NCBI GenBank assembly: GCA_963777955.1
Contig: CAVZSQ010000015.1
Coordinates: forward strand, 1-64,000
Origin: Calditrichia bacterium
GTDB lineage: Bacteria > Calditrichota > Calditrichia > JAJRVZ01
DNA: 64,000 nucleotides
Reading direction: 5' to 3'
Of the stretch, positions 11,080-20,813 are shown piece by piece (the first letter of the stretch is position 1; the number at the start of each line of letters is the position of its first letter). The notes below the pieces were generated by a model. That model did no database searches. It saw nothing but the letters and a program-made list of their open reading frames with translations, and was not told the origin of the DNA. The translations under genes were made by a program, and so were the position numbers.

Positions 11080-12931
11080 ATGCAGCAACCAGAACAACAA
11101 AACATTTTACTTGTGGACGATCATCCTGAAAATCTGCTGGCTCTGGAGAGTATTCTGGAGCAGCCCGGTTTGAACTTCGTCAGAGCCGCTTCAGGAGAGG
11201 AGGCCCTGCACCTGCTGCTTAACTATGAGATCGCCCTGATATTATTGGATGTACATATGCCCGGTCTGGATGGTTTCGAGACCGCTAAACTTATCCATGG
11301 CCGCCAGCGTACCCGGCATATTCCGATTATTTTTGTGACTGCGATCAGTCAGGGACAACAGCAGGTCTACCAAGGGTATGAATCAGGAGCTGCGGATTAT
11401 CTGTTCAAACCGGTTGAACCTGAAATAGTCAGGGGCAAGGTGCATGTTTTTCTGGAGCTGGATCGCCAGCGTAAGGTCCTTGAAAATCAGAATCAGCAAT
11501 TGATCGAGGCCAAGAAAAATTCGGATAATATTTTACAGAATGTGGAAGAAGGCTTCTTCCTGCTAGAGAGAGATTTCCGGATCAAGCGCCAGTACTCACA
11601 TGCGCTTAACCAGATATTGGGGTATCCTGATTTAGCCGAGCAAAATTTTATAGCACTATTACAGGATAGTCTAACTGCACCCGTCTATCAGAACAGTAAG
11701 GATTACCTGGAGCTGATGTTTAAACACGATATCGCGGAAATCGACTTTAAGGAACTGAATCCACTGCATCGAGCCGAATATTTTGATCCATTAACGAACA
11801 ACATAAAATACCTTACCTTTAATTTTAAAAGAATCTACCGCGACGAACAGATAGCTGAATTAATAGTTACTGTCACCGACCACACTGAGCAGGTTTTGCT
11901 GGAAAATAAACTGCAGCTGACAGAAGAACAGTCCAAACGGCAGGTGGACATGCTGCATATTCTGCACAGTGAACCGTTATTATTGAAGGAATTTTTACGG
12001 CAAAGCGAGCAGGAGTTGCAAAATATAAAATCGGAAATCTCCAAGATCAGTACTGATCAGGATCTGCAAAGTATCTATCGTGAAATGCATTCCATCAAGG
12101 GGAATTCCTCTTTGCTGGAATTTTCCTACCTGGCACTTAAGGCCCATCAATTTGAAGAAATATTTAAATCAAATACCCATCCCCTTTACGGTATCCAGAT
12201 TGATGAACCGGCTCTGAATGCTATTATATATGATATGATTTCAACCATACAGGAAATAAATTCGCAAATTCAGAGAATCTCCAGTTTCTATGAACAGTTC
12301 AACTCCTCCAATACCAGCAGCGGTGAGTTGATCATCAAGGCCGTCTCAAATCTGATGCATCGTCTTAACCGGGAATATAACCAACAGGTCGACTTCGTCC
12401 ACAAGGATTTTGATACCCGTCTGATTTCAGCTAAAGAATTCCTGTTGCTCAAAGATATTCTGATCCAGGCTAACTCATAATTCTTTAATCCATGGCATCG
12501 AACCATTAACGGAACGCAAAAAAATAGGTAAAAATGCGTTTCCGACCATCACCCTTTCTTCCCGACTTTCCAAAGATGCTTTTCAGTTGTCGTTCCGGGA
12601 CGATGGCCGGGGTATCCAGGTTGATGCCCTGCGGCAGCAAGCAAAGGCAGCCGGAAAATGGACGGAAACAGAGATTAATAGTTGGACTGAAAAACAGGTT
12701 GAAAAGATTGTATTCGTGCCGGGAATCACTACCCGCAAGTCTGCCGATCTACTGGCCGGACGCGGTATGGGTATGGATATTGTAAAACAAAAGATTCAGA
12801 AACTCGGCGGGGAAGTGGAAATCAACTCCCAGCAGGGAAAATTTTGTGAGTTCATAATTCGACTGCCCCTGGTCAAGGTTTCCAAGCAAAACCGCCGGGA
12901 GTCGATGAACCAGGCCAGGAATTGTATTTAG
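11080..12931 (+). CDS. REC-PAS-like-Hpt-CheA-type HATPase fusion lacking a CheW domain (one indel near 12469)
   Basis: REC (LLVDD, ILLDVHMPGLDG) and Hpt (REMHSIKG). The frame from 12470 reads LTHNSLIHGIE...SFRDDGRGI...GRGMGMDIV, the CheA P4 motifs. Confidence 0.8.
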
Positions 12932-12967
12932 TTAAATCATGATTCATTAAAAACATGGAATAGTGAG

Positions 12968-13396
12968 ATGAAGGAAGAAATTAAACCATTCAGCTGGCAA
13001 CTCAACCACAATGAGGAAGGGATCATCGAAATAAATGCCGCGGGTACCGCGGGTACAATCGACACCCAATCCAGTCAAGCTCAGACTAAAGAGGCATTTG
13101 ATTATGCCAAGAAGGTAAATTCATATTTGTTCTTGCTGAATTTCCGGGAAGTGACCGGAGAATTACCTCCCCTGCGGATATATGAATTACCCAGAATCTA
13201 TCATAACTTAGGGGTCCCGCGGCAAAGCAAGATAGCAGTTGTGTTACCTCAGCCGAAAGACAAATTAGAGGATTATGAATTTTATGAGACGGTCTGCTAT
13301 AATCATGGTTATGAAGTTGAGTTGTTCGAAGAAAAGAAACATGCCCTGGATTGGCTAAGGTTGCACCGTATCAGCGACCAAAGAAACGCTCCCTGA
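12968..13396 (+). CDS. Hypothetical protein, SpoIIAA/STAS-like
   Basis: 142-aa ORF with KIAVV...FYETVCYNHGYEVELFEEKKHALDWL, a C-terminus resembling SpoIIAA-like proteins. Confidence 0.55.
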   Translation: MKEEIKPFSWQLNHNEEGIIEINAAGTAGTIDTQSSQAQTKEAFDYAKKVNSYLFLLNFREVTGELPPLRIYELPRIYHNLGVPRQSKIAVVLPQPKDKLEDYEFYETVCYNHGYEVELFEEKKHALDWLRLHRISDQRNAP

Positions 13397-13492
13397 GTAG
13401 TCCGGCATCTACCGGGCGTACCGAAGGGAGCAATGTTGCATCTCGCCGGTCGTCTCGATACTCCGGCTGCCGCCGGACTACTCGACGACCGG
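13389..13492. repeat. Inverted doublet of GTAG-type REP-like palindromes
   Basis: Copy 1 (+): GAGTAG-TCCGG-n6-CCGGG-CGTACCGA. Copy 2 (-): GAGTAG-TCCGGC-n4-GCCGGA-GTATCGA. A T-rich tail follows. Confidence 0.7.
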
Positions 13493-13682
13493 ATTATTTT
13501 TTGTGACAATTATATTATTTTTTTACTTTTTTTCCTTATATTTCTCCCGTAACCACAAACACCATTACAGACGGATGGTAATTTCATTTTTTTAACTGTA
13601 ACAGTATTTTTTAAAGTATATTTAAAGCACTAATCCTGTTGTCGGCGGGATCAGTGATCGGTTTTTATAAAACGAGACTTTT

Positions 13683-16600
13683 ATGAAAAATCTGATTACT
13701 ATAATACTCTCGTTATTTCTGGTAGTGAATATCTTCGCCCAGGCTACCCCCGGAATCTGCATTAATGAATTTCTGGCTTCAAATGTATCCAGCAATGCTG
13801 AAATAATCGATTTTGATGATTTCTCCGATTGGATAGAGTTATACAACCCGGAAAACCTTGCTGTGAATATCGAAGGTTATTTCATTAGCGATGATCCGGA
13901 TAATCCCTGCCGCTGGCAATTTCCGGCCGGGACTTTTATTCCAGCCGAAGGATTTCTGCTGCTGTGGGCCGATGGCGAGGATGACATACCCGGTACGACA
14001 CACCAGAGACCGTACTGGCCCTTTGATTATTTTACCACCCGCTATTATCATCTGAACTTCAAACTGAACAGGGCCAGGGAGTTTATCGGACTTTTTGGTC
14101 CAGACACCACACTGATCGACTCGGTGACATTCGGTTTACAGCGGAACGATGTTTCCAGAGGACGCCAACCTGATGGAGCGACCGGTTGGTTGTATTTTGG
14201 CGAGCCGACCCCAGCCGGCAGCAATACCACTCAGGGAATACAACTCATTGACTATGCAGGAAATGCGGTCATTTCCCTGCCAGGCGGATTCTACAGCGGG
14301 AGTCAGCTGGTCACCATTGAAACTTCATCCGCTGATGCTGAAATACGCTATACCCTGGATGGCTCCAAACCCTCGGGTTCATCAGCACTTTATACAACGC
14401 CGCTCGGCCTCGATCAGACTACTGTGCTTAAAGCCAGGATTTTCGAAGCGAATAAATTGCCCGGTGAGGTGGTCACCAGAACTTATTTTATCGATACAAA
14501 TATTTCACTGCCGGTAATTTCTCTGGCCACTCCACCTGAACTGTTATGGGATGAATCAATCGGTATCTATGAGCATAATTTCAAGGCACGGGAAATTCCG
14601 GTTCATTTTGAATTTTTCGAAGCGGATGGGAGTCCTGGTTTCAAGTTAGATGCCGCTTTAAGCCTCACCGGCCAGGCTTCGCTTTATTATCCGCAGAAAT
14701 CTTTTACCATCAGCACCGCTGACCGGTTTGGCAGCGATATCCTGGAATACCAGGTTTTCCCCCAACGGGAATTGAATACATTTACTTCTCTCTACCTCCG
14801 CAATGCCGGGGTTCCCGATCACCGCAGTACCTTTTTCCGCGACGCGCTGCTGCATAGCCTGGTATTGAATAAAATGGATCTGGATTGTCAGGCCTACCGG
14901 CCGGCAGTCATTTTCCTGAATGGTGCCTACTGGGGTATCTTAAATATCCGCGATAAAATAAATAAAGAATATATCGGTTCGTTACACAATCTCAATCCCG
15001 CTGATGTGGATTTGCTGGAGTACGAGAGCAACATCAATCCCACCGTCATGGAAGGTCAAGCTGATAATTATAATGCTTTTTATGATTATGTGACTGATCA
15101 TGATTTATCAATCGATGAAAATTACCGCTATTTAGAATCATGGATGGAGATAGATGAATTTATCAATTACCAGATCTGTGAAATTTATTGTGATAACGTT
15201 TTCTGGGCCGATCAGAATGTACGCCTGTGGCGGGAAAGAAAGGAAGCTAAGAAATGGCGCTGGGTCTTGTACGATACCGATTATGGCTTCGGTATGCCCA
15301 ACCAGCGCTCTGTTGGTTATACTAATAATACATTAAAATTTGCCACTTCAACGAATAATGGTGATCCGTTTATCCCGCCATTGTGGTCGACTGTTTTATT
15401 CAGGAAACTGCTGTTGCACCAGGAATTCAAGACAAAATTCATCCAACGCTTTGCCAGCTATCTGAACTCAGTCTTTCATCCCGACACGGTTGTGGCTTTA
15501 ATCGATCAGCTGCAGGATAATCTGAGTTCCGAAATGCCGCGGCACATCGCCAGATGGAGAAATGGCGAACCGTACTACGGCAATCCCATCCCGGATTATC
15601 CCACCTGGTTGTCCAACGTCAATGTGGTCAGGACTTTTGCCCGTAATCGTCCGTATTATCAACGGCAGCATATCCTCAACTATTTTCAATTGAGCGGCAC
15701 TGCCGTCCTGAATCTGGAGATCGTCGACCCGGGCATGGGGCAGGTGTGCATTAACGGTATTGAAAAGATAACCAGCAGCGGTAGTGGCATATATTTTAAA
15801 GACATACCGACCATATTAGCAGCAGTACCTGAAGTCGGCTACCGTTTTGTTAAATGGACCGGGGTGGCTGACGAATTTCAAAATCCGCTTGAGATTGTTT
15901 TAACCGCTGATACCCTGGCCGTACAGGCGGTATTCGCAGCGGTCACGATAAATACCATTCCTGCAGTACTGACCGCAGATACCACACTATCGATAAATAA
16001 TTCTCCCTATTATGCCCGGACGGATGTTATGGTCGATTCCAATGTTACCTTAACCATCGCAGCCGGAGTACAAATCCTGATGCCTGAAAATTGCAGTATC
16101 GTTGTTCAGGGCAGGCTATTGGTTGAGGGTCTATCCGGAAATCCGGTAATTATTTCACCCAATGAGAATGCCCGCAACTGGGGAGCCCTGTGTTTTGTGA
16201 ATGCCACCGATTCATCGGTTATTGATCACTTAAAAATAATCACTGCAACCACTGGACCGGATTTCAGCCGCGATAAAGCTGCTATATCAGGTTATAATTC
16301 CAGGTTTTCGTTAGAAAATATCACGGTCGAAGACCTGCGGCAGGCTCCGGTTTTCATCAAGTACGGAAAGGTGTCCATCAAAGATTGTCAACTGCATACA
16401 GATTATGCCGGTGATTTGATCAATGTCAAATATGCTGATTATGCTCTGACCGAAAATTGTGATTTGAGAGGCGGAGATGGATTTGATTCAGATGGCATCG
16501 ATTATGATCAAATAGCCGGTGGGATTATCCGCGGAAATAAAATATACAACATCTACGGATTTAACAGCGATGCCATCGATCTGGGTGAAGGTGCGCAGAA

Positions 16601-18296
16601 TATTCTGGTAGAAAATAATATCATTTTCAACATAAATGATAAAGGGGTATCGGTTGGCCAGGCCTCTAGCGCTCAGATTAAACGGAATCTGATTGCCAAC
16701 TGCGGGCAGGGGGTAGGTATCAAAGACTTTGGGTCCTATGCCTGGATCGAACATAATACTTTTTATGGCAATCACTATGGTGTGGCCAGTTTTGAGAAGA
16801 ACACCGGGCACGGCGGCGGCGCCGGTGATGTGGTCAATTGCCTGCTGATCAATAGCATCCAGGCAGCGGTTTTAGTTGATGACCTGTCCCAACTAAATGT
16901 ATCCTATTCACTGTCCAATACGGATAGCCTGCACGGTTTACATAACCTGCAGGCCGAGCCATTACTTATCAATAACCTAAGATTGTCTCCCGATTCTCCG
17001 GCGATTGATAATGGTAATCCGCTCTTGCCCCTCGATCCAGATGGTTCGCTGCCGGATCTCGGCGCCTTTCCGCTTGATCAGCAGCATCAGACCAATCTGA
17101 TTATTAACGAAATTCATTATCATCCGGCGGACGGTGATAATTATGAATTCATCGAATTAGTCAACGTCGGGCCGGCAGCTGTCGACCTGAACGGTTATGA
17201 ACTTTCTGGAGACCTGGAATATACTTTTGATAATGAATCTATAGCTCAGGGAGAATTCATCGTCATGGCTAAAGATGGCAGTGTCTATCAGGGTCAGGGG
17301 TATAAAGTGCTGCAGTGGGAAACAGGAAATTTACCCGACGGGCCTGGTATTGTTGTGCTTCACGATAACTTTGGGAATATGGTTGATTTTGTATATTATG
17401 ATAGCCGGTCATTCTGGCCGGATCAGCCTGACGGCCGGGGACCTTCCCTGGAATTGCATCATCTGTCGCTGGAGAATATGGTAGCCAGCAGCTGGCGGAG
17501 CAGTTATACTGCCGGTGGTACGCCTGGAAAATCCAATAATTCCGTTTTATTAAGCGGTGTATTCATTAATGAATTCATGGCCGATAACAGCAACGGTTAT
17601 GCCGATGAAAAGGAAGAATCTGACGACTGGCTGGAACTCTATAACAGTAATACGGTACCGGTAAATATCGGCGGATTATTTATAACGGATAATTTAAATA
17701 TTCCCGGTAAATACCTGATGCCCAATTATGCTTCTCAATTGACCACTATCCCGGCGAAAGGTTACCTGGTTTTATGGGCTGATGGCGAAACTCCCGAAGG
17801 CATCTTACATTTACCATTCAAACTGGACCGCAGCGGTGAACGTATCGGGGTAACGCAATTGATGGACAGCGGATCGGTTTTCCTCGATTCTATATCCTAT
17901 GCACCACAAATGACTGATATCTCCTTTGGACGCTATCCTGATGGAACTGCGTCATGGTACTCGTTTGCCCAGCCAACCCCGCTGACCAGTAACCGGTTGA
18001 TTGATAATTTACCGGGGAATCCATTACCGCTAAATTCCTACTCCCTGGCTCAGAATTATCCGAATCCATTTAATCCAAGCACCAGCATTCAATTCTCAAT
18101 TCCCAAAACTGAATTTGTAACCCTGGAAATTTATAACCTGCTTGGGCAGATAGTAACTACTTTAGTGAATGAAAGACAAGAGGCCGGTATGCATACGGTT
18201 AAATTCAACGGCTCCGGCCTGGCCTCGGGAATATATTTTTATAGAATTGAGGCGGGGGAATTCAGCCAGGTACGGAAGATGGTTTTAATCAGGTAG
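13683..18296 (+). CDS. Secreted CotH-kinase-family protein with lamin-tail domains, a beta-helix and a T9SS-type C-terminal sorting domain
   Basis: Signal peptide; three INE..A/DWIELYN-type lamin-tail domains; YTLDGS module; CotH motifs (PQKSF, LNGAYWG, WRWVLYDTDYGFG); parallel beta-helix; QNYPNPFNPST...KMVLIR. Confidence 0.88.
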   Translation: MKNLITIILSLFLVVNIFAQATPGICINEFLASNVSSNAEIIDFDDFSDWIELYNPENLAVNIEGYFISDDPDNPCRWQFPAGTFIPAEGFLLLWADGEDDIPGTTHQRPYWPFDYFTTRYYHLNFKLNRAREFIGLFGPDTTLIDSVTFGLQRNDVSRGRQPDGATGWLYFGEPTPAGSNTTQGIQLIDYAGNAVISLPGGFYSGSQLVTIETSSADAEIRYTLDGSKPSGSSALYTTPLGLDQTTVLKARIFEANKLPGEVVTRTYFIDTNISLPVISLATPPELLWDESIGIYEHNFKAREIPVHFEFFEADGSPGFKLDAALSLTGQASLYYPQKSFTISTADRFGSDILEYQVFPQRELNTFTSLYLRNAGVPDHRSTFFRDALLHSLVLNKMDLDCQAYRPAVIFLNGAYWGILNIRDKINKEYIGSLHNLNPADVDLLEYESNINPTVMEGQADNYNAFYDYVTDHDLSIDENYRYLESWMEIDEFINYQICEIYCDNVFWADQNVRLWRERKEAKKWRWVLYDTDYGFGMPNQRSVGYTNNTLKFATSTNNGDPFIPPLWSTVLFRKLLLHQEFKTKFIQRFASYLNSVFHPDTVVALIDQLQDNLSSEMPRHIARWRNGEPYYGNPIPDYPTWLSNVNVVRTFARNRPYYQRQHILNYFQLSGTAVLNLEIVDPGMGQVCINGIEKITSSGSGIYFKDIPTILAAVPEVGYRFVKWTGVADEFQNPLEIVLTADTLAVQAVFAAVTINTIPAVLTADTTLSINNSPYYARTDVMVDSNVTLTIAAGVQILMPENCSIVVQGRLLVEGLSGNPVIISPNENARNWGALCFVNATDSSVIDHLKIITATTGPDFSRDKAAISGYNSRFSLENITVEDLRQAPVFIKYGKVSIKDCQLHTDYAGDLINVKYADYALTENCDLRGGDGFDSDGIDYDQIAGGIIRGNKIYNIYGFNSDAIDLGEGAQNILVENNIIFNINDKGVSVGQASSAQIKRNLIANCGQGVGIKDFGSYAWIEHNTFYGNHYGVASFEKNTGHGGGAGDVVNCLLINSIQAAVLVDDLSQLNVSYSLSNTDSLHGLHNLQAEPLLINNLRLSPDSPAIDNGNPLLPLDPDGSLPDLGAFPLDQQHQTNLIINEIHYHPADGDNYEFIELVNVGPAAVDLNGYELSGDLEYTFDNESIAQGEFIVMAKDGSVYQGQGYKVLQWETGNLPDGPGIVVLHDNFGNMVDFVYYDSRSFWPDQPDGRGPSLELHHLSLENMVASSWRSSYTAGGTPGKSNNSVLLSGVFINEFMADNSNGYADEKEESDDWLELYNSNTVPVNIGGLFITDNLNIPGKYLMPNYASQLTTIPAKGYLVLWADGETPEGILHLPFKLDRSGERIGVTQLMDSGSVFLDSISYAPQMTDISFGRYPDGTASWYSFAQPTPLTSNRLIDNLPGNPLPLNSYSLAQNYPNPFNPSTSIQFSIPKTEFVTLEIYNLLGQIVTTLVNERQEAGMHTVKFNGSGLASGIYFYRIEAGEFSQVRKMVLIR

Positions 18297-18362
18297 TATC
18301 TAAAGGCACAGAGAGGTCGGAGATCTACCGTTAGGTAGACACAAAGGCACAAAGAAAAAAAG

Positions 18363-18414
18363 TGTCATTCCCGCCGAATGTGTATCTCGCTTGATCGTAT
18401 GTTGGCGGGAATCT
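18363..18414. repeat. REP-like palindrome of the GTCATTCC...GGAATCT family
   Basis: TGTCATTCCCGCCGA ... TTGGCGGGAATCT inverted repeat. Related copy at 25485-25511. Confidence 0.6.
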
Positions 18415-18464
18415 TTGAAGAATAATAGAAATTCAGGGACTACGGAAGTCGGAAAGGAATACAA

Positions 18465-20682
18465 ATGCACCGTTATATTTTAATATTATTATTTGTTTTG
18501 ACTATGCTGACTGCTGGCTCGGCCCAGTGGGAAATCCTGAATCAATCCGGACCTTTAGCGGCCATAGATTTTGTTAATTCCGAAACAGGCTGGATAGCGG
18601 GCTCAGGTTCTTTAATGAAGACAGAAGACGGTGGTATTAACTGGGTGTCCATTGCCGTCAATGAGACATTGAACATATCCATGATCGATTTTATAAATGA
18701 ATCAACAGGCTGGGGTGTATGCTATGATTACAATAACGGCGGCGTTTTAATCATTAAAACCATAGATGGAGGTTATAACTGGATCCGGCAAAATAACTTA
18801 CCGGGTTATTCCGTACGTAATTTTTTTGCACTTGATGATACGACAGTTTTTGTGCTGGGAGATACGGTTCTGCTAAAAACCTCCGATGGAGGCAATTCCT
18901 GGAATGATATTGCCACCAACATCACAGACAGGTGGTTCTCAACGGCAAGTTTCGTGAATAGTGAACAGGGTATTATTGCCGGAAATAAGTCATTCGATTG
19001 GGAACCGGTCACATGGATTACCTTCGATGGGGGCAAACACTGGCAGGAAAAACCTTCGGCTGATACCCTGCATATTTATGATTTGCAGTTCTGTAATGAT
19101 TCAACAGGATACTGTAGAGGAACTACAGGTTCAGGGCAAAGTGTCCTGTGTAAAACGAATGATTTTGGTGAACACTGGTCGGTTAAAATGCAAAATTCCT
19201 ATAGCATAAATTCTTTACAATGTATAACCGAAAATCTGATCTATTGCGTAGTGCTCGACAGCACCTGGAGTTATAATATAATGAAAAGCGTCGATGGCGG
19301 TGAGCATTGGCAGCAACAGCAAAATCCTGACCGGGGCACTGGTCAAGGCCTGGATATTAAATTTTTCTCGCAGCGGTTTGGACTGCTCGTGGCCGATGGT
19401 ATCCTGCTTTATCGTACCGCAGATGGTGGTGATCATTGGAATATCTGCCTTTTATCTTATCCCTTCAAGGATGTAGTTTTTTTGACTAAAACCAGGGGTT
19501 TTGTCTGTGGTTCCAAAACCGGCCTGCACTTTTTCAGGGGAGATTTTTTCATCACCACAGACGGGGGAGAAACCTGGAATAGTATTTTAACTGGTTCTGA
19601 ATTTAATAAATGTATTTTTATTAATGAATCTATCGGATTTTTATCATCCTGGGATCTGCTGTATAAAACAATAGATGGCGGTGGCAAATGGACAACCTAC
19701 CCATTCAGTAAATATGATTCGACGGGGATCTATTTTCAAAACAATGATTTTTGTTTTCCGGAGGAAATGACAGGCTGGAGTGTAGGATCATATTCGGAAG
19801 CCAATTCCTGGGGCGCGGCGATATTTAAATCAGAGAACGGCGGCGAAAACTGGAATGCCGCGCTCAAATATTCAGGTCCGGATCCCAACAAAAACTACGT
19901 TTTAAATTCAGTTTTTTTTCTTGATAGTCATTCGGGCTGGGCAGTAGGCGATCCCGGATTGGTCCGCAAATACAATTATATTTTGGATAAATGGCTTGTT
20001 ATTGAAACAGAGATCGACCTTCCTTTAAACAAGGTGTGGTTCACTGATCAGAACACCGGCTGGATTGGCGGGGGGTGGTATGACTATGATCTGGAATACC
20101 ATCCGCTGTTATTAAAATCAAGCAATGGTGGTTCAACCTGGGTAAATCAGGGTTTTGGGTATATTGTAAATGATATGTATTTCTCCGACCGCGATCATGG
20201 CTGGATAGTTGGCGCGGATAGTACAAATCAGGGGGTAATTTTAGCCACCAGCGACGGAGGCTTGCGCTGGCAGGTTCAAATGTCCGGATTGCCTTCGCCT
20301 TTGAGCGCTATCCATTTTGTCGATGATTATGGCTGGGCAGTGGGTTCCCGGGGCTTGATATTAAAAACAGAAAATGGCGGATCCAGTTGGATTGCTGAAG
20401 ATCCGGATTTGCAATCGACCGGATACAATCTGGACCAGAATTATCCCAATCCGTTCAATCCTAATACCACTATATCCTTTACCTTGCCCATCCGCTCTCT
20501 TATTGAAATCAGCATTTATAATATCCAGGGTCAAAAATTGAATCATGTTGATAAATAAAATACAGCCTGCAGGAACTTATCGGCTGTCCTGGAACGCCTC
20601 CCGCTACGCTTCCGGAGTATATTTTTATAAAATGGAAACGCCGGATTTTACTCAAACCAGAAAAATGCTGCTGTTACGATAA
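18465..20682 (+). CDS. YCF48/BNR-repeat beta-propeller secreted protein with a T9SS-type CTD (indel near 20545)
   Basis: Many xTxDGGxxW repeats and QNYPNPFNPNT. The CTD finishes ASGVYFYKMETPDFTQTRKMLLLR in a shifted frame, TAA at 20680-20682. Confidence 0.85.
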
Positions 20683-20813
20683 TTATCTCTGTATTTCCGT
20701 TGGATTATTGTATCTAAAGTACTTAGATTACTTTAAGATAGCTGATAGTATAATATTTTTGTCATTGCTTTTTCTGATTGTATTCCTGATATAATAAAAT
20801 TCTCTTCCGGGGG

